Of a DNA stretch of 64,000 nucleotides, positions 53,030 to 63,985 are shown in pieces. The DNA comes from Naegleria gruberi (taxonomy: Eukaryota), in assembly GCA_000004985.1 (NCBI GenBank), contig GG738846.1. One strand, written 5' to 3'. The notes under the pieces were generated by a model, which was given only the letters and a program-made list of their open reading frames with translations, did no database searches and was not told the DNA's origin. Positions within the stretch are counted from its first letter, which is position 1, and each line of letters starts with the position of its first letter. Made by a program: the position numbers and the translations under genes.

Positions 53030-54681
53030 TCATTGATTAAAGTTTTGACAGAAAACCATTTCCCTTATTTTATCGGTAATATTGATCAAATTTCTTGGTT
53101 CTTTGTTGCACCAATATATCACAATTTCTTGATAGAGGATTGGACAATCATCACATTGATAACACACAACATTTCTGATTGCTTTGATGCTTTTTTTTAC
53201 GAGATTTTCCTCATCATCTATTATTTTAATGTGGTAATGAATAGAATTGTTAAGTAATCCATTATTAAGTACCTTAGCAAACTGTTTGTGATCATGATTA
53301 GCTATTCCAAGAGTTTCTAGGGGGGATTGAATTAACTTGGTGGACTCACCCAAAAAAAGGAATGGTAACAACAAGTGAAAATGATACTCTACATCATTAG
53401 CTCTCCTCGAGTTAAAAAAACTGTCCCATCTAAATGTGATATAAGAACTGAGCAATGAGTCTCTAAGTTCATACTCTCGCGTCTCCTTGTTGAATACAAA
53501 GAACATGGAACTATTAATCCCATAGCCACAGAGGGCTCTGTCTGTTATAAAGGCTGGAACAGATTTGGTTTTGAAAATTGTCCAAGCCTCCTCTCGCTTT
53601 AGCCCTTTAACAATATTACCAATATCTCTATCATAAATGGTGAATATTTGTTGAACTAGATCAGCAATGGCTTGTTGGAGCGTTTTAGTTTTGCATTGAG
53701 AAATAACTTGGTCAACATAACTGCAGTGATACACCTCTAACGAATCTCGTATGATTTTTAGAAGTTCTGTGTCCACAAATTTTCTTTTGAAGATGTAGTT
53801 ATGGAATATGGCCACTTCCCTTAAATTTGCAGTTGCACTTGATCTTGGAATGTCATAGGTCATGTTATTATCAGAAAATGAAAACCCATTAGCGGGTACA
53901 TCTCTCAAATTTCTGAGTATAAGTGATTGAGTACTTCCAGTCCAAATACTAAGGAAATTTGTTGTACTTTTTAGAGATGGAGATTTAAAAACCTTCTTGA
54001 GAAAGTTTAAAGCGTCAGAAGATAATAGTTGAATTTCGTCCAATACAAAGTAAACCATCTTATTGCTTCTTTTTTTCAAATACTCTGTCATTGGATTGTG
54101 CAGAGATATTCCTTGCTGACAGTTGTATATGTTCGCTCCTTCACCAACAAAGCTACAAGAATTCTATTCACATAATCGTAATCTCTTTCTTGCTCATTCT
54201 TTGGAAAATCTCTAATATCAAGATAATGAACTTCATAGCCAATGTAATTATTAATTCTCCTACAGCAATGAACAGAGTGTAGATAAGGAAAAAGGTATCT
54301 TGCTGTAGTAGTCTTTCCTGTTCTCACTAACCCTGTTACAAAAACATGATAAATACATTTACTAATACCTCCTCTACAATATTGGGCACATTGAGAGGCA
54401 AATGCATTCAATTCAGGGAAATTATTTACCTGACACCATTCATCCTGATTGCCACCATTAAAATAATAAAGAGCAGAGGTAATACCTGCCTTAACGAATT
54501 TTACTTCTTGGCCATCAAGAGATTCAAGTTCAAAATTATGAAAATTTTCATTAAATTTTCTAATTGTATATTCTTCTTCTGTTTCACTAGTTTCGGAAGT
54601 AATGGTTTCTTGTTGAGGCTGGTGTATAGACTTTGTGGGAGGTTCTTCAAAACGGTCACTGTTTGAATGATTGCGTTTCAT
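53030..54681 (-). CDS. P-loop NTPase (AAA+/ORC-Cdc6-like) with a frame discontinuity between Walker A and Walker B
   Basis: Walker A VFVTGLVRTGKTT sits in ORF 54088..54681 and Walker B MVYFVLDEIQLL in ORF 53030..54091; the two are offset by one nucleotide. A candidate 41-nt intron complement(54116..54156), GTAGCT..CTGTCAG, would join them in frame (..DYDYVNRIL|QGISLHNPMTEYLKK..). That is shorter than any other intron here and has a weak donor, so a genuine frameshift or sequence error is equally possible. Confidence 0.5.
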
Positions 54682-55040
54682 TTTTTAAAGATCTGAATAT
54701 TCTTTCAGGTAGTTCACTTATGCAGTAGTGAAAATGGTTGTAGCTGAGTAAGGATTCGTGTAGTGCCATGCAACATTTTGAAAAGTAACAAGTTTAGAAT
54801 AATTTAATTGAATGGAGTCAATCCTTTTTTTACTGCTGATCTTTTCATAATTCTATCAATACATGCCTTAATATGTGGACATGATTGCAAGTTTTGAGAT
54901 TGCAAGTTATGAATTTCTCTTACCTTAATTTTAACTTGTAATCAAAAATACTAGTAATCAATTTGAAAAATAGTGCTCAAACGGAAAATGAACTGGATTC
55001 AACGTCACTTGTCTACGAAGCGAAAGAATCAATTATTAAA

Positions 55041-56007
55041 AAAATGAGGAAGAATTTTCGCACAGTCTCAGAGCTGCCACCAACATCACCTCGAAAACCA
55101 CTCCCAACATTGCCCAATCTTTTAAAATCTTCTAATAACAACGGCTCCAAACTCCTGCCAACATCACCACGAGGACAGCAAACATTTGTTGCAATCAGTA
55201 CCGATGAGGAAGAATTAATCAGTCTCTTATCAATGGAAGGAACAAAGGTGTTTGTGATTGGTTTGTGGGATGAGACGAGTCCTCTTCTTTCTAATAACTC
55301 TTCGAATGCTACTACAACAGGTAACAGTAGTACGATTGGAACTACAAGGAGAGTGCCACCACCACTCCCACCAAAGACAACATTAAATAATAGAAGATTG
55401 AGTAAAATCTGCTTTGACACAACATGTTTCATATCGGAAGATGGAAAGGCTCTAGTTTGTGAGAGTGATTTACCATCATCAGGACCTTTGGGAATGCAAA
55501 AACGAAGTAATAGTATGTTGTTATTAATTTCACATGCATATTAATATTGGAATTTTTCATCTCAATTGTCAATACTACTATCTATTACATAATTTGTCAC
55601 ATTATGATCTGATTTCATTGATAATAATATTATTATTATTATTAATAATAGTAATTCTCTTTTCCGAAGTGGAAAAGATTGTACCATACTATCAATCAGA
55701 AATATTGATAGGAAACCAGATTTCAGACTCAAATACTAATAACACAATATCACCAAGACAATCCAACAATTCAAATCCCTATCAAATCACCACTCAAGAT
55801 GCACGTGAATGTGTCTCCTTCTTTGAAAGATACTTCATTTCAGGCTATGACAATAACGATAGAGAATATCAAAAATCTCTCCTTCCCTACAAGCTGCAAC
55901 TCTTCATTCTCAAACGAAAGAACCACAAAAAGACGTTGGGATTCATCTTATCGGGTATGTTTTTTAATCAAAGTCTAAGATTGTGCTTACCATATTGCCT
56001 TAATTGA
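55041..56007 (+). CDS. hypothetical proline-rich protein; 2 exons; relationship to the downstream DENN gene unresolved
   Basis: Exons are 55041..55512 (first in-frame ATG MRKNFRTVSELPPTSPRKP; the track ORF opens at 54963 without an ATG) and 55652..56007, joined by a 139-nt AT-rich GTATGT..AATAG intron. Its terminal residues after ..TLGFILSG look like translated intron (GTATGT at 55955), and its stop is only 48 nt from the next gene's ATG. Confidence 0.4.
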
Positions 56008-56054
56008 TTTTTGCCTTGTCGCAATTTTTTACCACCAAATCCTTAAATTTCCGA

Positions 56055-58553
56055 ATGTTGTTGTTGTATTGTGTTGCATGTGGCTACATCATGGTGATTC
56101 TATCAAAAATTGAAAAAACCCCTTTACTCTCTAATCTCTCATCTATATTTTCTCATTGGACGTCAATTAATATGCACTCACTTTCCAATAATCGGAATTC
56201 TAAAACTCTAAACTCTATACCTCCTACTGAATTAACATGTAATAATGATTCATCATCTCCATCATCATCACCCAATAATAATAATAATAATAACACTGTT
56301 GAATCAACAATAACACCAACTCGACAACGTTGTCTACCACCTGTTCCTCCAAATAATGTACAAAAACAATCATCTCCCCAACCTCCTCCTCCTCCTTTTA
56401 ATCGACAATCACCTCCCCAACCTCCTAAACGAACAACCTCAACAATGGAACATTCATCATCTATTATTTCTGATAATAATATGAATTCTGAATCAACCAT
56501 TTATGCTAACAAATCAACAACAAATAATTCACCTCCTCATCAACAATATCATCATCATCGTACCTTACCAATAATTCCAATTCGAAATTATCATGAAAAT
56601 GATATTACACCTTCAACTCTTAATCCTACTGTTGTTACTACTTTTCAAAATCATTCCAATAACCATAATCACTCTGTTCCTGCATTGCCAATTAAAAAAG
56701 ATCCAATGCAAGCATCAACATGGATAAAAGGATTACAAATGGTTTCTGATGATTCAAGAGGACTTTTATCTGCATCAACTCTTGCCAAAACAACCAATGT
56801 AAATAATCAATCATCTAAAATTGAGGAAGAAAAGAGAACATCTTTTGGAAACAAGAAGACTGAAATATCAAGTGACAATACCAGATACTTGCCACCACCA
56901 TTGAAAATCAATAGAATGGAATCACCTAATAATGATGTAAATAATGAATTGGCTAAACAATTACAAAAATTGAAAAGAACACCAGCAACACCAACTACCA
57001 GCTCTACTTCGAATGGTGGCAGTGGGTCTAATTCTTCAAGTAGACATTCTAGTATTGAGATACAAAGAGGAAGTGACCCAGAAACAAGTGCAGAGAAGAA
57101 ACTATTTGAAGTTGTGGTAGTAGTCAAACTGAAACAAACAGACAAATTGGAACCTTTCATAGATTATGAATTTCCACCACAAAATGTCAGAAGTACAAAA
57201 GACTTGAAACTTGTCATGTCAATTCCATTATTTTGTTGTAAGTTATTGTAAAAATTAATATGAAAAGCTAAGAGTCACTAGTTCCTGATATTGATACTGT
57301 TAAGGAGGGGACTTCATTATCAGGTGGTGATAAGAAAACATATAGCTTTGTCTTGACAGAAATAGATGGTACTAGAAAGTATGGATACTGCAGAAGAATG
57401 CTTCCAAAAGGTACTGGGAAACGATTGCCAGAAACTTACTGCATCATTTCTTCACACTCATGTTTTGGATTATTCTCTACAATACTCGATAATATTGAAA
57501 CAAGAAATGAAATTAATAATGTGGCCTGTTTCACTTTCCTTAAAAGTGTACTAGCTAATCCATTTCCATCACCAGGTACCTGCACCATTGTCAAGACAGT
57601 AAATCCCAAGACAGGTCAACAGGAAGAAGTTAAATTATCTAGACCTATTCTTGCTGATCCAATGTTGGAATACGTAAGTTTCATGAAACAAACCTATTTT
57701 GATTTTAATATCCAACATACGTATTATTAATAATTCTATCATCAAATAATAGATTAATTTCAACATATTATTCGAGAGTCTTTCTGCTGACAATATAATT
57801 ACCATGTTTGCATTTTTATTAATGGAAAGAAGAATGGTCATATTTTCAAATGACATTTCAAAATTATCTGCATTTTGTCAGGCAATGATTAGTATATTGT
57901 ATCCTTTTACATGGCAACATGTGTTCATTCCAGTTTTACCTCAATCATTGGTTGACTATGTTTGTAGTCCTGTCCCATTTGTCATTGGTGTCCTCAGTAA
58001 TCACAAACCATATATTGAGGAGCTGAAGAAGGATGGACAAGTAGAAGCAGAAGTGCTCTACATTGATATCGATTCTGGAAAGGTTTCAGAACCTTCTACC
58101 CTCAAGGATCAAAAGAAGATACTACCAAGCAATAAGGACTTGATTAAAAAGTTGACAGCTATCGCCAAGGAAATCAAAAACTCAAAGAATTCAAATCAAG
58201 TAGCAATGGCAAAAGACACATTTTTAATGTTCTTTGTTAAATTATTTGGAGATTACAAGGCATTTATCAAGCCGAATGCTGAATTTAATACTGAAAAGAA
58301 GAAGAATACACCCGAGTGGATATTCGATACCAAAGTGTTCTTGGACTATAAGAAGAAGAATAACAAGAAAAAGTATGAAAAGTTCTTTATCAACTTTACT
58401 CAATGCCAAATGTTCGAACGATGGTCTGCTGAAATAGCAAACCAAAGTCAAAACAAATCTGCCACTACTGCTTCACTAGATAAGGAACTTGGTTTGTTTG
58501 AACAACTTTCAGCCATATCTCAACAACAATTACTTTTGGACAAAAAGAAATAA
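56055..58553 (+). CDS. DENN-domain protein (Rab GEF family) with a long S/P/N-rich N-terminal region; 3 exons
   Basis: Exons are 56055..57237, 57282..57673 and 57753..58553, with introns of 44 nt (GTAAGT..CACTAG) and 79 nt (GTAAGT..AATAG). The upstream DENN block reads FEVVVVVKLKQ..PFIDYEFP..MSIPLFC|FPDIDT..YSFVLTEIDGTRKYGYCRRM..YCIISSHSCFGLF. The core DENN block reads MFAFLLMERRMVIFSNDISKLSAFCQAMISILYPFTWQHVFIPVLPQSLVDYVCSPVPFVIGV. Splicing the 44-nt intron recreates the canonical FCFP motif. Start assigned to the first ATG in frame after the stop at 56001. Confidence 0.75.
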
Positions 58554-58627
58554 AATGTTGTTGTATTGTGATAATATCTTTATTTCAATCATTAATGTTA
58601 TTAATGTTGAATGAAAGTTAGAATTGA

Positions 58628-61600
58628 TTATTGTCTAACAACTGGCATACTTGGAGGTTTAGTAACAAGCGAGTATCTTGGAGGTGGTGCATCCATTCTT
58701 ATTGTACTCATTTCAATACTCTCACTCACAACAATTTCCTTACCTATAGCAGGAATTTCTTGTTGCTCAAATACATCGAAATAGCTATTCTCAAAGGCAT
58801 AATCAATTTCATTGGAATTATCAAACCCACCAGAAATAGCTGGTGCTGAATTGGCAATCATTGTTGGAGGTCTCAGAGACATTCTCTTCGAACGTCTATC
58901 TTTGGCCTTATGTTCATCATCCTCTTCGACAACTAGTTCATTTCTAATCCATACATAATTTCTAATGAATGGAATGACAAAGTTGAGGATCAACAGGAGA
59001 GCAATGGTTGCTCCATTGATAACGTATAAAATGATGGATTGATTAGAGTTAGAAATAATGAGCCAATCGATTCCCAATTCCTTAATGTCCTTATATCTCA
59101 ATAACCAATAACCAAATAATAAATTGAATGAAAGTACCAAGTGAAGAATGGAGCTACTAATGGAAAGGGTAATGTCATGGTAAGGTCTAAATAGAATCAT
59201 GTACACGGATACAATGAACATGAGTCCACTACCAATAGGTGCTTGAAGAACAAGATTGGTATTCAAGAATGAAACCAAACAAGTCATGGTAATAAATTCA
59301 AACACATAGAAAAGGAATTGATATTTAAACATATTTTTGAATGATTCAAAAACAACACTAATACTACTCGTACTATTTCTAATACCATTGATATACTTTT
59401 TGAAAATGATATTCTCATTCTTCTTGATAGATTTGAGAAGTAGCTTTCTTTCCTCAGTGGATATGGATTCCTTAATAGGTGTGCTACTATTATCAATCTT
59501 TTTGATTTTTTGTTTGTATTCCTTTTTCTTTCTTCTGAGTAATAATAAATCATCATTAATAGAATTTTCATAGATAATCTTTGAGTGATTCTTGTAAATA
59601 AATATGAAAATCATGAATGGAATTAAAATTAAATAAAAGATACCAAATCCAATAGAAACCCAATACATGATTGGGAATTTAAGAGGTTTGAATAATGACT
59701 CTGGACATGCTTCATTATTGAATATACGTAAGTTTGAAGTATTTCTGAAAGAGAGAGTCGTGTTGTAATTTTCAACCATCCATATTGGAACAGTGGTACT
59801 GTTAGTTGTTGCCAATCTTACCATATTACTTTCACATTCAAATGTAGAAAAGATACTTCTCACACAAACAAAGTAAAAAATTGTAAAGACAATCCACAAT
59901 AAACGCTGTCTAATCTTGATAAAGTTGATGAAAAACATTTGATCCTGATACTTGACTCTATAAATTATAAGATATACAACAAAAATAGCAAATAACAACA
60001 GCAATACTGCAACAGAAAATCCAAATAATCCCCAAACATCTATTGCACTTGGTAATTCTCCTCTTGCAAATTCGTCATATGTTGATGGAAAGACAGCAAA
60101 TGAACCAGCAGCAACAATAAAGATTAGTAATATAAAGCAACATATACATGTAAACATTGTCCAACATAGTTTGCTCACAAATAATTTTACAGATGTCTTA
60201 TAGTTGGGGTTCAGCAGGAACAATATTAGGAAAACCCCTGGTAAAATCATTTCCCATGAATATATGAAATAGTAATTGTTAAACTTGATGGTTTTCCAAA
60301 TTAAATCCAAACTATTAATTGATAGAACATTGTACTTGATAATCATATTATAATAGTATGGCCAAGGAATTGAGAATGAATAACAAATAGAATATAATTG
60401 AAAGGCAAATAGTAAAAAGTAAATCTTTTCAAATACACCATCAAACAAGTTGGTATATTCACCCTTGAGTAGAAGAATATCTTGATATTGTTGTAAAATC
60501 TTAATATTAGAATAATTGTCTTGAATAAATTCAAATGGTACCAAAGTTCCATGAGGATCCTTCAAAATCATGTCTGAAAACTTATCATTCGAGAGTAAAC
60601 CTGGATGATGATAATTAGGAATTGTTTCATCTAGTGGAAGAGTAGCAGTTGTGATATTTGTCCAATTCTTGGTAGGTGAAACTTTAATTGCTTTTGTTTT
60701 AGAATTTGGATCATTGCTAGCTGCATTAGTTGGACTTGATGGACTTGTTGGAGATTTGGGTCCAGAATCGTGTCTGGAGAATAAACCTCTAACAGTTTCA
60801 TTCAAATGTTCTTTTGATAATTGTTCAATGATGGAATTTCTCACTGCTGAATAAGTGAGTACAGGTCTAAGAGCAAATCCTTTTCTTTCGATAATATTTC
60901 TCAAACGATTAATTTCAATAATTGTAATGGCCTTATCATTGGATGTGACCATTCTACCATCAATTTCATCCAAAGTTCTAATGTGAGACATTAGCAAGAG
61001 TCTATAATCACTCACAGGAATATTAAATGATTTAAAGTAGACAGACTTTGGTCCAATCAATTCAATTTTGGATTCAGCTCCTATATACATTTGATTTCTA
61101 TCATTATCAACAATGGTTGTTTGTCTACTGAGAGGTTGAGTACTAGTGGTACCTCCTTCATTAGGAGGAGCAACACCTCCCAGGTTGTAGCTACTCTTTT
61201 CCTTATTTTTCACATTTGAAACAAGTGTTGTATCATAGAGAGTGACCAGACTGGAAAGAGACAATAATAAAGTATAGAATTGGTTCAATTGATTGATTTG
61301 ATCATCAATTTGAATATTTGTGAGAGAGTTTGGTGATACATTGTAATGATTTTGTAAAAATTGTGAAGCAAGCAATTGAGATTTAGAAAGTGGGAAGGGA
61401 TTAGTAAAATCATCAACATTTTGTAATAAACGCAAAGTTGAAAATACTTGAATGTAATATTTTGCTGGATCTAAGAATAATTGACCGCCACATCTTTGAA
61501 TGTAAAGGGTACGCAAAGATCCAGAAGATCCAATTATATTCAAAATAAGCTGTTCATCCTGAACTGATATATCATTATCTCTAATATCGAGATAGTGCAA

Positions 61601-63985
61601 CTTTTTCAAGTTTGAAAACAATGCCTTATCCAGTTGTTTGATCAAGTTACCTCGTAAATCTAAATGGGTGAGTAAATGATAATCTTTCAAGCTGTTCAAT
61701 AATTTGATTCCCTTATAGTTCAACTTTAATGTAAGAGATTCTGTATCGTTATATTTGCATTCGTTCAGAGTTAATCTCAAACGAGTTTGTTCCAATTCGT
61801 GGAAAGTAAGTTCCTTTGCAATGGCATCACATCTTTCACTGACTGTAACGAGCTTTCCATCCAACTCAAATATCCAATCTGGAGAACGAGCAGATTGAAG
61901 TTTGGAAACGATACTCTTACGTGTCTCTGTATATTCGTGTGAGGTTTCAAAGGTTGACGCAATTACACGATCTGTTGTCTCCTTTTCAATAGATCTTGAT
62001 TGAATATTCATCTTGTAAATAGGATTATAAATCAAGGTGAGCTTTTTAAGAGACTTCTTATTATCAATAAACTTGGTGATAACATCAACACTGGATATTA
62101 AATTGTATTGTAAATCCAATTCTTCAAGCTCTGTCTTTTCCAATCCAGAAAGTGTTAATGCAGTATCTGTTATCAAATTCTTTGCTAGGGATAATTTTCT
62201 CAAGTGGAGGAAATTGGAAAAATCTATAAAGTCCAAACCAGAACCAGACAAATCCAATGATACTATACTCACTTGATTGATCGTTACTTTCCATATTTCT
62301 CTCTCCTTAACTGTTTGCAAGTATTTTTTGAAAATAGAGGCTTGGAACTGGAATGATTTGGGATTTCCATCTGAAAGTGGCCAATTATTTACAATTTCAT
62401 TCACAGTAATTTCCTTTTCATCAATTTCCCATAATGGGCAGAAAATATTTGCAAGTCTAGGAGTCTTGGAAATAATGGTATTTCTCACTTGCTGCTCAGT
62501 GTATTGAGTAAAGTTTGCATCTTCATTTTCATCAGAAGATGTATAAACACCTAAACATTCAAGGAATGGGTTTTGGTTAACAATTGCAATCACCTCATCC
62601 AAGTCGGTGAGTTTGTTATTTCTCAAATCGAGAATCTTTAACAATTTCATTTCAAAAATACCAGGACAAGAAACAGAAAGTTTGGCATTGAATTGGTTAC
62701 CTCTCAACAATAATTTTTCCAAATTCTTGAAAGCTCCAATATAGTTATCCAATCTATCAATACCTGATTCGTTCAAATTGATTTCAAATATCGAGAATGC
62801 CTTGCTGAGGTGATATCCCTTTTCTTCAATGACCTTTTGAAGTCTAGTCTCTTCTTTTTCATTCCATACCAATTGACGTTCTTGGCTAGTAATTTTAGTG
62901 TTAAATATGACTAGTTTTAGACCACCTCTCAAACTATTTAAATCTTTCAAAATCTTAATTTTGTAATTCTTTTGCTTCTCTAATTCTGGATTTCCATAAA
63001 GAGAGACCATTTCCAAGTCGTACATACGATGTAACATATTGGTAATATCTACCAACTTGTTCGAAATATTGTTAAATCCTAAATCAAGATATTTGATTTC
63101 TCTACACTTCTCCAAACCAATATCAAGAATATTATTGATCATATTGTGAGAAATATCCAAGCATGTGAGGGAAATAAAATGTGAGAAATCTGTACCCACA
63201 TCCTTCAAGCCACAATCTCTCAAGTAAAGCTTGGTAATAAGAGAAGGATCGTACATTTTACCAATTACAATCTCCTTATATGAAAGTTTAAGTTTGTCTG
63301 TCAATGGAGAATTAACCACCTGAGCAACAATAGAAAGGTTGAATCTGAATTTTAACTCTTCAACTTCAGAAAAGTCTCTCAGGACCTTTATAATTCTTGA
63401 CCTCTCAATAATATCAATCTTGATATCATCCAAGAATAGAAGTCTGTCGTTTCTATCTAAAAGGAGCTTGAGCACAGATGCTCTTCTCACTGACTCGGTT
63501 GAATTAAGGTTTCTATCAAATTGTAATTTGGAAAGATCAGATGTAATATTTACATAAATTAAATTACTAAGTTTTGATAGAGAATTAATAACTGGATCTC
63601 TATCCAATTTAGGATTACCAGACAAGTTGATAAACTTTAAAGATTTCAAATTTTCAATGCCATTAATAGTGATGAGATTATTTCCATACAAGTCAACATA
63701 TTCAAGTGAGATGAAAAATCCCAAATCAGCCAAAGTTAATGCACATTTTGGAAGAATCAACTTGGTAACAATAGACATGTATTGCCCATTACATAATTGC
63801 CTCAATTGATGGTGACCAAAATAATTGATAATTGAATAGTTCCATCTCAATCTACGTAAATCATCATCTTGGATATTGTCTGAGAAAATTTTGATAGATT
63901 TAAGTCTGTGCTCGATGGTGATCTTGATATCATCTAATTCCAATAAGCCTACACAACGGTTATCACCTTTCAAATTAATAGTCAA
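58628..63985 (-). CDS. leucine-rich-repeat (LRR) protein fused to a C-terminal polytopic (about 11 helix) membrane domain
   Basis: 1785-aa ORF. The N-terminal about 1000 aa have many LxxLxLxxNxL repeats (LKFINLSGNPKL, LTCLDISHNMINN, LKILDLRNNKLTDL and similar). The C-terminal about 650 aa contain about 11 hydrophobic helices (FLLFAFQLYSICYSF; VWGLFGFSVAVLLLLFAIFVVYLII; FPIMYWVSIGFGIFYLILIPFMIFIFIY and others). The window ends 15 nt past the start, so an upstream exon cannot be excluded. Confidence 0.65.
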   Translation of the reverse strand: MTINLKGDNRCVGLLELDDIKITIEHRLKSIKIFSDNIQDDDLRRLRWNYSIINYFGHHQLRQLCNGQYMSIVTKLILPKCALTLADLGFFISLEYVDLYGNNLITINGIENLKSLKFINLSGNPKLDRDPVINSLSKLSNLIYVNITSDLSKLQFDRNLNSTESVRRASVLKLLLDRNDRLLFLDDIKIDIIERSRIIKVLRDFSEVEELKFRFNLSIVAQVVNSPLTDKLKLSYKEIVIGKMYDPSLITKLYLRDCGLKDVGTDFSHFISLTCLDISHNMINNILDIGLEKCREIKYLDLGFNNISNKLVDITNMLHRMYDLEMVSLYGNPELEKQKNYKIKILKDLNSLRGGLKLVIFNTKITSQERQLVWNEKEETRLQKVIEEKGYHLSKAFSIFEINLNESGIDRLDNYIGAFKNLEKLLLRGNQFNAKLSVSCPGIFEMKLLKILDLRNNKLTDLDEVIAIVNQNPFLECLGVYTSSDENEDANFTQYTEQQVRNTIISKTPRLANIFCPLWEIDEKEITVNEIVNNWPLSDGNPKSFQFQASIFKKYLQTVKEREIWKVTINQVSIVSLDLSGSGLDFIDFSNFLHLRKLSLAKNLITDTALTLSGLEKTELEELDLQYNLISSVDVITKFIDNKKSLKKLTLIYNPIYKMNIQSRSIEKETTDRVIASTFETSHEYTETRKSIVSKLQSARSPDWIFELDGKLVTVSERCDAIAKELTFHELEQTRLRLTLNECKYNDTESLTLKLNYKGIKLLNSLKDYHLLTHLDLRGNLIKQLDKALFSNLKKLHYLDIRDNDISVQDEQLILNIIGSSGSLRTLYIQRCGGQLFLDPAKYYIQVFSTLRLLQNVDDFTNPFPLSKSQLLASQFLQNHYNVSPNSLTNIQIDDQINQLNQFYTLLLSLSSLVTLYDTTLVSNVKNKEKSSYNLGGVAPPNEGGTTSTQPLSRQTTIVDNDRNQMYIGAESKIELIGPKSVYFKSFNIPVSDYRLLLMSHIRTLDEIDGRMVTSNDKAITIIEINRLRNIIERKGFALRPVLTYSAVRNSIIEQLSKEHLNETVRGLFSRHDSGPKSPTSPSSPTNAASNDPNSKTKAIKVSPTKNWTNITTATLPLDETIPNYHHPGLLSNDKFSDMILKDPHGTLVPFEFIQDNYSNIKILQQYQDILLLKGEYTNLFDGVFEKIYFLLFAFQLYSICYSFSIPWPYYYNMIIKYNVLSINSLDLIWKTIKFNNYYFIYSWEMILPGVFLILFLLNPNYKTSVKLFVSKLCWTMFTCICCFILLIFIVAAGSFAVFPSTYDEFARGELPSAIDVWGLFGFSVAVLLLLFAIFVVYLIIYRVKYQDQMFFINFIKIRQRLLWIVFTIFYFVCVRSIFSTFECESNMVRLATTNSTTVPIWMVENYNTTLSFRNTSNLRIFNNEACPESLFKPLKFPIMYWVSIGFGIFYLILIPFMIFIFIYKNHSKIIYENSINDDLLLLRRKKKEYKQKIKKIDNSSTPIKESISTEERKLLLKSIKKNENIIFKKYINGIRNSTSSISVVFESFKNMFKYQFLFYVFEFITMTCLVSFLNTNLVLQAPIGSGLMFIVSVYMILFRPYHDITLSISSSILHLVLSFNLLFGYWLLRYKDIKELGIDWLIISNSNQSIILYVINGATIALLLILNFVIPFIRNYVWIRNELVVEEDDEHKAKDRRSKRMSLRPPTMIANSAPAISGGFDNSNEIDYAFENSYFDVFEQQEIPAIGKEIVVSESIEMSTIRMDAPPPRYSLVTKPPSMPVVRQ

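Noticed and set aside
54088-54091. Treating ORFs 53030..54091 and 54088..54681 as two separate overlapping genes
   Set aside because: Walker A lies in one and Walker B in the other with correct spacing; they are halves of one P-loop NTPase split by a frame break.
55955-56700. Treating the whole S/P-rich region as a 745-nt intron joining the upstream gene to the DENN gene
   Set aside because: The region has a 415-codon open, clearly codon-structured frame with PPxP motifs, which would be extraordinary for an intron. It is kept only as a possible alternative isoform.
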